Shown here: positions 51,022 to 60,048 of the stretch, piece after piece
Position numbering within the stretch: the first letter of the stretch is position 1
Layout: the number at the start of each line of letters is the position of its first letter
Assembly: GCA_963804085.1 (NCBI GenBank)
Contig: CAWDOQ010000002.1
Location: 32,001-96,000, forward strand
DNA length: 64,000 nucleotides
Direction: 5' to 3'
Origin: Chlamydiia bacterium
GTDB lineage: Bacteria; Chlamydiota; Chlamydiia; Chlamydiales; Rhabdochlamydiaceae
The notes under the pieces: model-generated
Database searches by the model: none
What the model saw: only the letters and a program-made list of their open reading frames with translations
What the model was told of the DNA's origin: nothing
Made by a program: the position numbers and the translations under genes

Positions 51022-52232
51022 TAAGCTCTCAAAGGACGCCAGGTCCAAAGAAAGAGCAGACAGGCCAGTCCCATGCCGATGGAGGCCACAGTGACCGGGA
51101 GGTGGGGATAAAGAGCCACAAAAGAGCCGGAAAAGAGGGGCGAGATCCCAATCGCCGCCCATTGAATCGAGTTGTTCATGCCCAGCGCCTCCCCTTGCGA
51201 CTCTTTATCAGCTAGATTTGAGACCAGCGTGGAAGCAGTGGGAAAGATCAGCGCTTCTAAAAAAGCGAGAAGGGGCAAAAAGAGGAAGAGGGCAAAAGTC
51301 GTTTGAATCAAAAGCATGAGCGGTAGTACCGCTCCTAAGCTTAAGAGAGCAAAAGCAAGCAGTCCCTGTGGAGAGAACCTTTTAAGAAAAGGACGGATAA
51401 ACAACCCTTGCGAAAGAGCAATCCAAAGCCCTACCCAAGCGTAAAAATTACCCACCTCTTGTCCGCCAAAGCCGAAGCGTCCCATTAAAAAAAGAGGGGA
51501 AAACTCCGTAAAAAAGCCCCATCCAAAACTAAAGATAAACATCACAGAAAAAATGCCCCTTAAGAGCGGCATGCGAAAGGCTCTTTTAATGTCTTCGATG
51601 CCTGCAGCGAGATTAAGCGGCCGCAGCTTAACACTGGGCAGCGTCTCCTTAAGAGCAACTAGAAGCCAGACGATATTTGCAAGGCAAAGAAGCGCGGCAA
51701 ACAAAAATGGAGTGGTCTTATTGCAAAAAGAAAAGAGGGTTGGATCGCTCAGCTTGCCGCCAAAGTAGGGACCTAAGATAAATCCCACGCCCCACGCCAT
51801 GCCGATCAAGCCAAAGTTTTTTGCCTTATCCCCTTCTGTGCTGCAATCGACTACTATCGATTGTGCAATGGAGTAGTTACCTGCAGAAATTCCGGAAAAC
51901 AGACGCGCGATAAGAAACCCGACTATAGAACTTGTCCAGATGCTGAAAATGCTGAGGAGATAAGCAAAAAAACCAATCCAAAGAGTGGCGAGTAGCACCT
52001 TTTTACGTCCTTTGCGATCGGAAAGCGCGCCCAAAATCGGACCGCCAAAAAACTGCCCGACACAAAAGCAGGAGATGAGCAGACCAAAGAGCCATCCGCG
52101 CATGCCAAGTGTTACCTCTTTTGCGAGAATCCCCTCCTCCGGATTCATGATCAAAAGAGACAAGAGAGGAAAGACAAGCCCAAACCCTACGCTGTCGATA
52201 AAAACTGTAAAAAGAAGCGGAAGAAAACGCAT
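51021..52232 (-). CDS. MFS transporter, TetA/DHA1-like
   Basis: D.VGFGLVFP, motif A GALSDRKGRK, motif C GFILGP..GG; about 12 TM. Confidence 0.9.
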   Translation of the reverse strand: MRFLPLLFTVFIDSVGFGLVFPLLSLLIMNPEEGILAKEVTLGMRGWLFGLLISCFCVGQFFGGPILGALSDRKGRKKVLLATLWIGFFAYLLSIFSIWTSSIVGFLIARLFSGISAGNYSIAQSIVVDCSTEGDKAKNFGLIGMAWGVGFILGPYFGGKLSDPTLFSFCNKTTPFLFAALLCLANIVWLLVALKETLPSVKLRPLNLAAGIEDIKRAFRMPLLRGIFSVMFIFSFGWGFFTEFSPLFLMGRFGFGGQEVGNFYAWVGLWIALSQGLFIRPFLKRFSPQGLLAFALLSLGAVLPLMLLIQTTFALFLFLPLLAFLEALIFPTASTLVSNLADKESQGEALGMNNSIQWAAIGISPLFSGSFVALYPHLPVTVASIGMGLACLLFLWTWRPLRA

Positions 52233-52293
52233 GTGGCAATCATATTGTGTGCATCGATTATTTAAAAGTGTAGACACATCCCGCACCTTCTTA

Positions 52294-52327
52294 ACGTGCC
52301 CTTGCCCTTGCCTCTGCCCATGCCCGA
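52294..52327. repeat. Solo left arm of the hexamer element
   Basis: ACGTGCCCTTGCCCTTGCCTCTGCCCATGCCCGA followed by a pyrimidine tract, as in the 5587 copy. Confidence 0.8.
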
Positions 52328-52464
52328 TCTTCTTTTCTCTCTTCTTCTCCATTTTTCTCTTCTTCAATTTTAAAGAAATCTTTAAGAATTGCCGCTAAAA
52401 AAATTTTGTGTTTAAATACACCTTCGTTTTTTCGCAATCAACCTCTTTACAAGGAGAACTGACC

Positions 52465-54339
52465 ATGACAACACTCGCAGTAAGCCCCGAAACAAAAGCA
52501 GCAGACGCCGTCGCAGCCGCAGCCGGCACGACAATCATCGATGTCCACGCAACTAAAGAAGCTACACTTCCTACAGGCGTGCCTAAAATGACACACAACT
52601 GCATGGAATGGACAGTCAAAGTCATTCGTTCTTGGACAGGGGATGAGACCAACTGCTTCTGCAGAATCATCTCATGGGCAGTCACCTTCTTCGCAGCTCT
52701 TCTTGCCACCGCAACAGTTGCCGGTATCCCCTTTGTATGGCTCGGCTTCCAAGAGCATGGCGTACAAAAAGCAGAAGCTCACTACATGAAGTACCCGGTT
52801 ATAGACGAGACTGCAGTATCAGCTGAAGACCATGATGATGTTACCAAAAAGTTAGAGGCAGCACAAAAACAACTAGCAGATGCAGAAGGCGCTCTTACTA
52901 TCCAAAAACAAGCAGTAATAGATGTGAGAGGACAACTCGATGCAGCAAAAGCATCCGCCGGGGTCCCTGCAGCAGAAGTTACCAAACTACAAGCAGATCT
53001 CGAAGAAGCACAAAAAGCGAAACACGAGCTGGATGCACGCGTTGCAACTCTTATCTCTGAAAAAGCAGGTTTGGATGGGCAAGCGAAATCTCTTCAAGCA
53101 CAACTCAATGCACATAAAGCATCAACTGCTAGCCTGCAAGAACAGCTCGGCAAAGCACAATCAGAAGTCATCGCGTTGACAGGTAGCCTTACAACTGCGC
53201 AAACAAGCCTTGATCTAGCAAAAGGAGAAGTTGCCAACTTACAAGCGATGAATAAAGGCAGCGCGGATGTTCTATCAAACGCCACCAAGCCTTTGCAAGA
53301 CCGTATCGGGTTGCTGACCAAAGATAATACAACCAAGCAAGCAGCTATTGCTAAGTTAAACGGCGAACTCACCGCTGCAAATTCTGCAGTGACAAGCTTG
53401 CAAGCTGAACTAGAGACTGCTCAAAAATTAGAAACAGCCACACAAGAACAAGTCAGCGTGTTACAAGGGCAGCTCTTTGAAGCGAACCAAGCACTCACCG
53501 CAAGCAAGCAAGAGGCAGCCCAAGTATCAAAAGATTTTGTTGCCTATAAGAATGCACAGACAAAAGAGGACGTTAAGCAGTTAGGTGCACTGGGTGCGTT
53601 AGAAGGTCGAGCAACAGAAGCAGAGACGCAATTTGCAGCTGAAAAAGCAGAACATGCGAACACAGCGGAGCAGCTCCGTCTTGTTAAGGAGCATGACGCC
53701 AAACTATCTGCAGATCTGAAGTCTCTATCTGCAAAAGTCGAAACAGCCACAAAAGTAGCTGAAGCCAATAAAGACGCTGCTACAAGAACTGCTAAACTTG
53801 CTCAAGAAAATGCACGACTTTCTCAAGAGAAAGCAGATCTCACGAAGCAACTTGAGGGCATGAAAACCCAAGCTGACCTAGATGCTGCAGTGGCTGCTGC
53901 AAAAGCTGGCATGAAAACTCAAGCTGATATCGACAGAGCCGTAAATGCCGCAAAAACAGGTCTCAAAACCCAAGCTGAGTTAGATGCTGCCGTAAAAGCT
54001 GCAACAGGCGATCTAGAAGCTCAATTGAAATCTACGCAGGCACTGCTCGCTAACGCCCAAGTCACCTTAGGCGGTAAAGCTTCAGAAGTGCACCAACAAA
54101 ACGCAACTCTGTTGAAACAAGTTCAAGATCGCGACGGAGAAGTGACCAAATTAAAAAGAGTGCTTGCGGATCAGATTGCAAAAACAGAAGCAACTGAAAA
54201 GTCTCTTGGAGCCGCACGATCAGAGCTTGCAACTAAAACGCAAACTGCAAATCTTGCAGCTGCAGCAGCACCCGCTCCTGCTAAGCCAAAGCCTGAAACA
54301 AAAGCAGCAGCAACACCTGCTTCTGACAAAAAAGCTTAA
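52465..54339 (+). CDS. Inc-like membrane-anchored long coiled-coil protein
   Basis: SD AAGGAG; hydrophobic IISWAVTFFAALLATATVAGIPFVWLGF; long Ala/Gln/Lys heptad region. Confidence 0.7.
   Translation: MTTLAVSPETKAADAVAAAAGTTIIDVHATKEATLPTGVPKMTHNCMEWTVKVIRSWTGDETNCFCRIISWAVTFFAALLATATVAGIPFVWLGFQEHGVQKAEAHYMKYPVIDETAVSAEDHDDVTKKLEAAQKQLADAEGALTIQKQAVIDVRGQLDAAKASAGVPAAEVTKLQADLEEAQKAKHELDARVATLISEKAGLDGQAKSLQAQLNAHKASTASLQEQLGKAQSEVIALTGSLTTAQTSLDLAKGEVANLQAMNKGSADVLSNATKPLQDRIGLLTKDNTTKQAAIAKLNGELTAANSAVTSLQAELETAQKLETATQEQVSVLQGQLFEANQALTASKQEAAQVSKDFVAYKNAQTKEDVKQLGALGALEGRATEAETQFAAEKAEHANTAEQLRLVKEHDAKLSADLKSLSAKVETATKVAEANKDAATRTAKLAQENARLSQEKADLTKQLEGMKTQADLDAAVAAAKAGMKTQADIDRAVNAAKTGLKTQAELDAAVKAATGDLEAQLKSTQALLANAQVTLGGKASEVHQQNATLLKQVQDRDGEVTKLKRVLADQIAKTEATEKSLGAARSELATKTQTANLAAAAAPAPAKPKPETKAAATPASDKKA
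53857..54009 (+). repeat. Intragenic 3 x 51-bp tandem repeat (G[ML]KTQA[DE][LI]D.AV.AA..)
   Basis: Units start at 53857, 53908 and 53959. Confidence 0.85.
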
Positions 54340-54368
54340 TCGTTCTAGCTTAAGCTTATAACCTAAAC

Positions 54369-54403
54369 GGGCGCCGGGGTTTTCCCCAGCGCCCTTTTCT
54401 TTT
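54369..54403 (+). terminator. Intrinsic terminator of the coiled-coil gene
   Basis: GGGCGCCGGGG-TTTT-CCCCAGCGCCC followed by TTTTCTTTT. Confidence 0.8.
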
Positions 54404-54414
54404 GAGACATCTTC

Positions 54415-54498
54415 TCGTTACCGTTACCGTTTCCCGTCACCGTTACCGATCTTTCTTCTTTTTTCGGTAACGGTGACGGGAAACGGTAACGGTAACGA
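54415..54498. repeat. Hexamer-period inverted repeat, GTTACC subfamily
   Basis: Perfect 35-bp arms 54415-54449 / 54464-54498. Confidence 0.93.
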
Positions 54499-54537
54499 AA
54501 TTAGAAGAGGTGGTCTGATATAACCGCGTACTCCAAA

Positions 54538-54566
54538 TTGACTTATCAGAGAAAACTCGGTATGCT
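54538..54566 (+). promoter_or_regulatory. Putative sigma66 promoter of the serS operon, 8 nt from the ATG
   Basis: TTGACT-17 nt-TATGCT. Confidence 0.65.
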
Positions 54567-54574
54567 CTCGGTAT

Positions 54575-55859
54575 ATGCTAGACATAAAACTTCTGCGCAA
54601 AGATAGCAGCTATTACGAGAAAAAGCTCAAGACAAAGGACCCGGAGGTCTCACTCGCGCCGGTTCTTGCCCTCGACGAGAAGATCCGCGAGATCAAGGCA
54701 AGTGTCGAGGAGATGAAGGCAAAGCGCAACCATCTCTCTCAAGAGATCGGCGAGAAGAAGCGCAAAAAAGAGGATGCCTCGACTTTAATGAAAGAGGTCT
54801 CGGGCATGGGCGAGAAGATCGCCGAGCTGGATCGCCAGCTTGCGTGTGTGGAGGCGGAGTTTACAGAACAGCTGGCCTCTCTTCCCAACCTGCCGCTTGA
54901 TGAGATCAAAGTCTCATCAGACCCCAAAGATAATGTCTGCATCAAGACACGCGGTGAAAAACCAGACTTCAGCTTCCCCTTTAAAAACCATGTGGAGCTC
55001 AATGAAAGGCTGGATATCTTCGACTTTCCCGCGCGGTGCAAAAATATCGGGAAGCGGCTGGCCTGTCTATAAAGATTTAGGCGCAAGGCTTGAGTGGGCG
55101 CTTTTAAACTACATGCTGGATATCCAGATCGAAAATGGGTTTAAGATGTGGATGGTGCCGCTGCTTGCAAAACCGGAGATCGTCTATGGCTCGGGGCAGC
55201 TGCCAAAGTTTGAGCATCAGCTTTTTAAAATCAACGACCCACACCACAACCTCTATCTTCTACCGACCTCTGAGGTCGCTCTGAATGGCCTCCACTACAA
55301 TGAGATCTTAAAAGAGGAGGAGCTCCCGCTCAAGTACACTGCATACACTCCCTGCTTTAGAAGAGAGGCGGGAGCAGCAGGTTCGCAAGAAAGGGGCTTG
55401 ATCCGCGTGCATCAATTCAATAAGGTAGAGATGTTCGCCTTCACTACACCGGAACAGAGTATGGCTATGTTTGAAGAGATGGTAGCAAGCGCAGAGAAGA
55501 TCCTCGAGGGGCTCGGCCTTCATTACCGCAACATGCTGCTTGTGACGGGCGATATGTCCTTTCAAGCGACAAAAACTGTCGACATCGAAGTCTGGCTGCC
55601 GGGACAGAACAGATACTACGAGGTCTCTTCTGTCTCCCACTGCTCAGATTTTCAGGCAAGACGTTCTCTTACCCGTTTCCGCAAGAAAGAGGAGAAGCCG
55701 GAGTTTGTCCATACGCTCAACGGCTCTGGGCTTGCCACTTCGCGCCTCATGGTAGCTCTTTTAGAAAATAATCAGAGAGAGGATGGCTCTGTCTCTCTTC
55801 CTATCGTCTTACATAAATACATGAATGGGATCAAAGAATTATGCCCAGTAAAGACCTAA
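54575..55859 (+). CDS. serS: Serine-tRNA ligase, frameshifted near 55028
   Basis: MLDIK coiled-coil arm; PTSE, FRREAG, GLIRVHQF.KVE, HTLNGSGLA; removing one base in TTTCCC restores DFPRGAKISG. Confidence 0.96.
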
Positions 55860-57127
55860 GCGACTTTAAGTCCTTTCTAGACAAGTCACCTACCTCGTGG
55901 CATGCAGCAGAAGAGCTTGCTAAACGCTTGGCCTCTAGTGGTTTTTCTCGCTTACACGAAGAGGAGAAGTGGAAGCTGCAAAAAGGCAAGAGCTACTTTG
56001 TACAGCGAGGCGGCTCACTCTGCGCCTTTTCGCTTCCTAAAAAAACAGCAAAGAGAGCAGTCATCTTGGGGTCGCACACAGATAGCCCCGCACTTAAAGT
56101 AAAACCCAAACCTGAAGTGCAAAAAGAGAATATGATCCTGTTGGGTGTCGAAGTCTATGGAAGCCCGCTTCTGACCTCCTGGCTTAACCGCGATCTCGCT
56201 CTAGCTGGAAGAGTGGCTGTCACAAACAAGAAAGGCAAAATACAAGAGAAGCTTGTCTTTTTAGACGAAGCTCCTCTTTTTATCCCACAGCTCGCACCCC
56301 ATCTAGATCGCGACGTAAACGAAAAAGGGCTTCTTCTCAACAAGCAGGAGCATCTAGTTCCCATCGCGACTTTGATAAGCTCAAAAGGCAAACAGAAGAG
56401 CTATTTAGAAACGCTCTTAAAGAGGCAGATCTCTTTTGATTCTCTTCTCTCTTTTGATCTTTTTTTGGTGCCGATAGAAAAGAGCCGCTACTTAGGGACA
56501 GAAGAGGAGATGCTCTCCTCCTATCGCCTCGACAACTTGGCAAGTGCACACTCCTGCGCCTCCGCCCTCATGGATTCAAAAGAATCGCAAGAGACACTGC
56601 AGATGGCAATTTTCTCCGATCATGAGGAGATCGGCTCGCGCTCATCGACTGGCGCCGCCTCTCCTTTTTTAGAAGATATCCTAAAGCGGATCACATACGC
56701 GCTTCAAATGGATGAAGAGGAGTTCTTCCAGATGAAGAGCCGCTCTCTATGCGTCTCGGTCGACATGGCCCATGCGCTCAATCCTAACTACGTGCAAAAG
56801 TATGATCCCAACCATCAGCCGCTGCTCGGCAAAGGGATCGTGGTGAAATACAACGCCGATCTCAAATACACCACTTCTGCGCCCACTGCCGCACAAGTGA
56901 TACGCCTTGCCGAAAAACTTAAACTCCCCTACCAATCTTTTGTATCGCGCTCGGACATTCCCGGGGGATCCACGATCGGTCCTATTCTGGCACAAAGTTT
57001 AGGTATCGCGACAGTTGACATAGGCTGCCCGCAGCTCTCGATGCACTCTGCTCGCGAGGTGATGGCCTGCCAAGATTTTCTCGACATGTCCACTCTACTC
57101 ACTCATCTCCTTGGTGAAGACTACTAA
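55841..57127 (+). CDS. M18 family (aspartyl) aminopeptidase
   Basis: HTDSP, WLNRDL, RLDNL, DHEEIGS, DMAH, GSTIGP, MHSARE. Confidence 0.93.
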   Translation: MPSKDLSDFKSFLDKSPTSWHAAEELAKRLASSGFSRLHEEEKWKLQKGKSYFVQRGGSLCAFSLPKKTAKRAVILGSHTDSPALKVKPKPEVQKENMILLGVEVYGSPLLTSWLNRDLALAGRVAVTNKKGKIQEKLVFLDEAPLFIPQLAPHLDRDVNEKGLLLNKQEHLVPIATLISSKGKQKSYLETLLKRQISFDSLLSFDLFLVPIEKSRYLGTEEEMLSSYRLDNLASAHSCASALMDSKESQETLQMAIFSDHEEIGSRSSTGAASPFLEDILKRITYALQMDEEEFFQMKSRSLCVSVDMAHALNPNYVQKYDPNHQPLLGKGIVVKYNADLKYTTSAPTAAQVIRLAEKLKLPYQSFVSRSDIPGGSTIGPILAQSLGIATVDIGCPQLSMHSAREVMACQDFLDMSTLLTHLLGEDY

Positions 57128-57128
57128 T

Positions 57129-57887
57129 ATGGTTCTTCCTCCACCTTCTGAGCATTTTCAAGGAAAGAGCGTCGTCGAGCATCTGATCGAAGCGCGCACA
57201 AAAGGGGCGTTTGCTTCAAGCGAGATCCACGGCACCGAGATGCCCGGGTATTTGGGAGCAGGATCGGATGGAGCAAATGAGACGTGCGTAGCGCTCCTCC
57301 TCATCTGGGTTGCGCTCTCCCCTTTTGCGCTAAGCTCAACGCAAATTCTTTTAGCCCTCGTTTTTTTCTCCTGCGGCTTTCTTGTCTGGAAAGTGGGTAG
57401 AAGCGCACTTTTGGGATGGGCAAGGCTAGAGCGGCTCCACCGCCTGACCGAAGAGGAGCGCTGGGAGATCGAACACCATAGAGCACAGGAAAGAGAGGAG
57501 CTAACAGAGCTCTACCGCGCCAAAGGCTTCGAAGGAAAACTTTTAGAAGAAGCAATCGATGTGCTGATGGCAGATGATAACCGTCTACTCCGTGTGATGC
57601 TCGAAGAGGAGCTCGGTCTGACACTGGAAAGCTACGAGCACCCCCTAAAGCAGAGCGTAGGCGCTTTTGTAGGCGTTCTACTTGCAGCCACTCTTTTGAT
57701 AGCTAGCTATTGGATCAGCCCCGTTTATGGCATAGCGATAAGCGCCTTTTGCTTAATCAGCATCTCCAGCATAATCAGCGCCAAAAGACAGCGCAACCAT
57801 GTGCTGCCTGCGATGATATGGCATCTTGCAGTAGCCGCTTTTGGCGGTTTTGCTGCTTATTTTTTGACAAAAGCTCTTTCTGTTTAA
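57129..57887 (+). CDS. VIT1/CCC1-like membrane protein
   Basis: EE.WEIE....EREEL..LY..KG and MLEEELG metal-binding region between TM helices. Confidence 0.8.
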   Translation: MVLPPPSEHFQGKSVVEHLIEARTKGAFASSEIHGTEMPGYLGAGSDGANETCVALLLIWVALSPFALSSTQILLALVFFSCGFLVWKVGRSALLGWARLERLHRLTEEERWEIEHHRAQEREELTELYRAKGFEGKLLEEAIDVLMADDNRLLRVMLEEELGLTLESYEHPLKQSVGAFVGVLLAATLLIASYWISPVYGIAISAFCLISISSIISAKRQRNHVLPAMIWHLAVAAFGGFAAYFLTKALSV

Positions 57888-57891
57888 AACA

Positions 57892-59856
57892 ATGCTTCGC
57901 ACTTCGCCCTACATCTTCGATGAGTTCTTCGCCTCAGGAAGGGAGGAGAGCATCAGCCCCTTTCTTAAGCCAACCTCCCGCAGGTGGGGTAAAAATCTCC
58001 CTCTAAAAAGTGCTGCTCTCTCTGCTTTTCTTTTGGCAGCCGCATTTACAACCTCCTTTTTTCATCCCGTTTTTGCTTCGATGCTCCTAGCCTCTGTCTA
58101 TTTTTTTGTGGGAACGCCCGCTCTCATCGATGCGCTGAGCGACCTAAAAAACTTAGAGATCAACATCGATGTTCTGATGACGCTTGCGGCGCTTCTGTCA
58201 ATTCTAATTGGTAGCGAAATGGAGGGGGCGCTTCTTCTGGTGCTCTTCGAACTATCGGCTGCTATCGAAAATAGCGTGACACAAAAAGCCAAGGGCACAC
58301 TCTCTTCTCTTCATCAGCTTACGCCGCGCACGGCATGGGTGGCAGATGAAAATGGCACACTCTACGAAAAGGCGGTATCCGAGATTGCTATCGGTACGCC
58401 TCTTCTCATCAAAGCAGGAGAGCTCGTCCCTCTCGATGGCGTCGTGACCTTCGGAAGCTCCGCGCTCAATCTTGTCCACCTCACAGGCGAAAGCCACCCG
58501 ATCCCAAAAGAGATAGGAGCAGAAGTGCCCGCAGGCGCGCGCAATCTAGATGGCGTGCTCACGATCCGCGTGACGCGCACAAGCCGAGACTCGACACTCT
58601 CTCGCATCATCCAGCTCATCACCCACGCCCAAGAGACCAAACCAAAACTTGCGCGCATCATCGATAGGTTTGGCAAGTGGTACGCCGCAGCGATCATCCT
58701 CCTGTTTTTTATTTTTGCCGGCACTCTGCCTTGGATCTTCTCTATCCCCTACCTTGGAACAGAAGGAGGCCTTTATCGCGCACTCACCTTCCTCATCGCC
58801 GCCTCTCCTTGCGCGCTCGTCATCGCAACACCGATCGCTTACATGAGCGCCATCTCTGCCTGTGCAAAAAAGGGAATCGTGCTCAAAGGCGGCATCGTGC
58901 TGGATGCGCTCTCTCGCTCTCACACAATCGCCTTTGATAAGACCGGAACGCTTACAACCGGCAAGCTTCAGTGCGTCTCATTCGAACCACTCTCGGAAAA
59001 GCCTAACTGCTCGCTCGAAAGAGCGCTCGCGCTCGCTTATGCGCTCGAAAGAAATGCACTCCACCCGATTGGAGAGGCGATCTCTGCCTATGCACAGAAG
59101 CAGGAGCTTGCGCCTGCACTGATCGACCGATTTAAAGCAGTTGCAGGTTCCGGCTTAGAAGCCCACACAAAAGAGTATCCTGTCTACATCGGGCGTCCCG
59201 AGTTTATCCACTCAAAACTCTCCCCTCCGTTTCGCGCTAAATGGGAAGAGATAAAACCCCGCTTCCGCAAAGAAGGACACCTTTCTACACTTCTTCTGGT
59301 TGGAGATTCTCTTTTTATTTTCTATTTCACCGATCAGGTGCGTGCACAAGCAAAAGAGATGATTCAAACGCTATCTGGCAGACACAAGATTGTCATGCTG
59401 ACGGGTGATCATAAAGACAATGCCGAGTATGTCGCAAAAAAACTGAATATCGACACGGTCTTTGCAGATCTACACCCCGAAGATAAGTTACAAAAAGTAG
59501 CAGAACTCTCCGAAAAAGGTGGGCTGATCATGGTGGGCGATGGGATTAATGATGCGCCCGCACTTGCGCGCGCAACCGTCGGCGTCTCGATGGGCAAGAT
59601 CGGCAGCGCCACAGCAGTGGATGCCTCCGACGTCGTCTTCCTTCAAGATGACCTTTCGCTCCTTCCCTGGTTAAAAGCAAAGGCGGACAAAACCCTGCGC
59701 ATTGTAAAAGAGAATCTCTTGCTTGCGCTTGCTGTGATACTCCTCGCGACAACTCCGGCCCTTCTCGGCCTCGTTCCTCTCTGGATCGCCGTCCTTCTGC
59801 ACGAAGGCGGCACGGTGCTTGTCGGCCTGAACTGCCTCCGCCTTCTCAAGAAGTAA
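57892..59856 (+). CDS. Heavy-metal P1B-type ATPase (SPC motif, P1B-4-like)
   Basis: TGES, AASPCAL, DKTGT, HP, GDGINDAPAL, HEGGT. Confidence 0.93.
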   Translation: MLRTSPYIFDEFFASGREESISPFLKPTSRRWGKNLPLKSAALSAFLLAAAFTTSFFHPVFASMLLASVYFFVGTPALIDALSDLKNLEINIDVLMTLAALLSILIGSEMEGALLLVLFELSAAIENSVTQKAKGTLSSLHQLTPRTAWVADENGTLYEKAVSEIAIGTPLLIKAGELVPLDGVVTFGSSALNLVHLTGESHPIPKEIGAEVPAGARNLDGVLTIRVTRTSRDSTLSRIIQLITHAQETKPKLARIIDRFGKWYAAAIILLFFIFAGTLPWIFSIPYLGTEGGLYRALTFLIAASPCALVIATPIAYMSAISACAKKGIVLKGGIVLDALSRSHTIAFDKTGTLTTGKLQCVSFEPLSEKPNCSLERALALAYALERNALHPIGEAISAYAQKQELAPALIDRFKAVAGSGLEAHTKEYPVYIGRPEFIHSKLSPPFRAKWEEIKPRFRKEGHLSTLLLVGDSLFIFYFTDQVRAQAKEMIQTLSGRHKIVMLTGDHKDNAEYVAKKLNIDTVFADLHPEDKLQKVAELSEKGGLIMVGDGINDAPALARATVGVSMGKIGSATAVDASDVVFLQDDLSLLPWLKAKADKTLRIVKENLLLALAVILLATTPALLGLVPLWIAVLLHEGGTVLVGLNCLRLLKK

Positions 59857-60042
59857 TGAACCTCTTGCGTAACCTCATTCGCCCGCTAAAACCGCCCTTT
59901 TGAATCCAGCTGCCTCGCAACTCCTCAACCAACTTTATTCAAGTTGGTCTCGTCGTTGCGACCAGGCCAGCTTCGCTGGCCTTGGCAGCTGGATTCAAAA
60001 ACATCGATTTTTTCGGGCAAAGCAGGTTACGCAAGAGGTTCA
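59857..60042. mobile_element. 186-bp palindromic MITE-like element resembling Rickettsia palindromic element ends
   Basis: Perfect 19-bp TIR TGAACCTCTTGCGTAACCT/AGGTTACGCAAGAGGTTCA; inner perfect 17-bp inverted repeat 59898-59914 / 59984-60000. Confidence 0.85.
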
Positions 60043-60048
60043 AGAGGT

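Noticed and set aside
39770-55859. Pseudogenisation of uppP, ftsK and serS
   Set aside because: One lesion each, motifs intact, core functions; assembly error is more likely.
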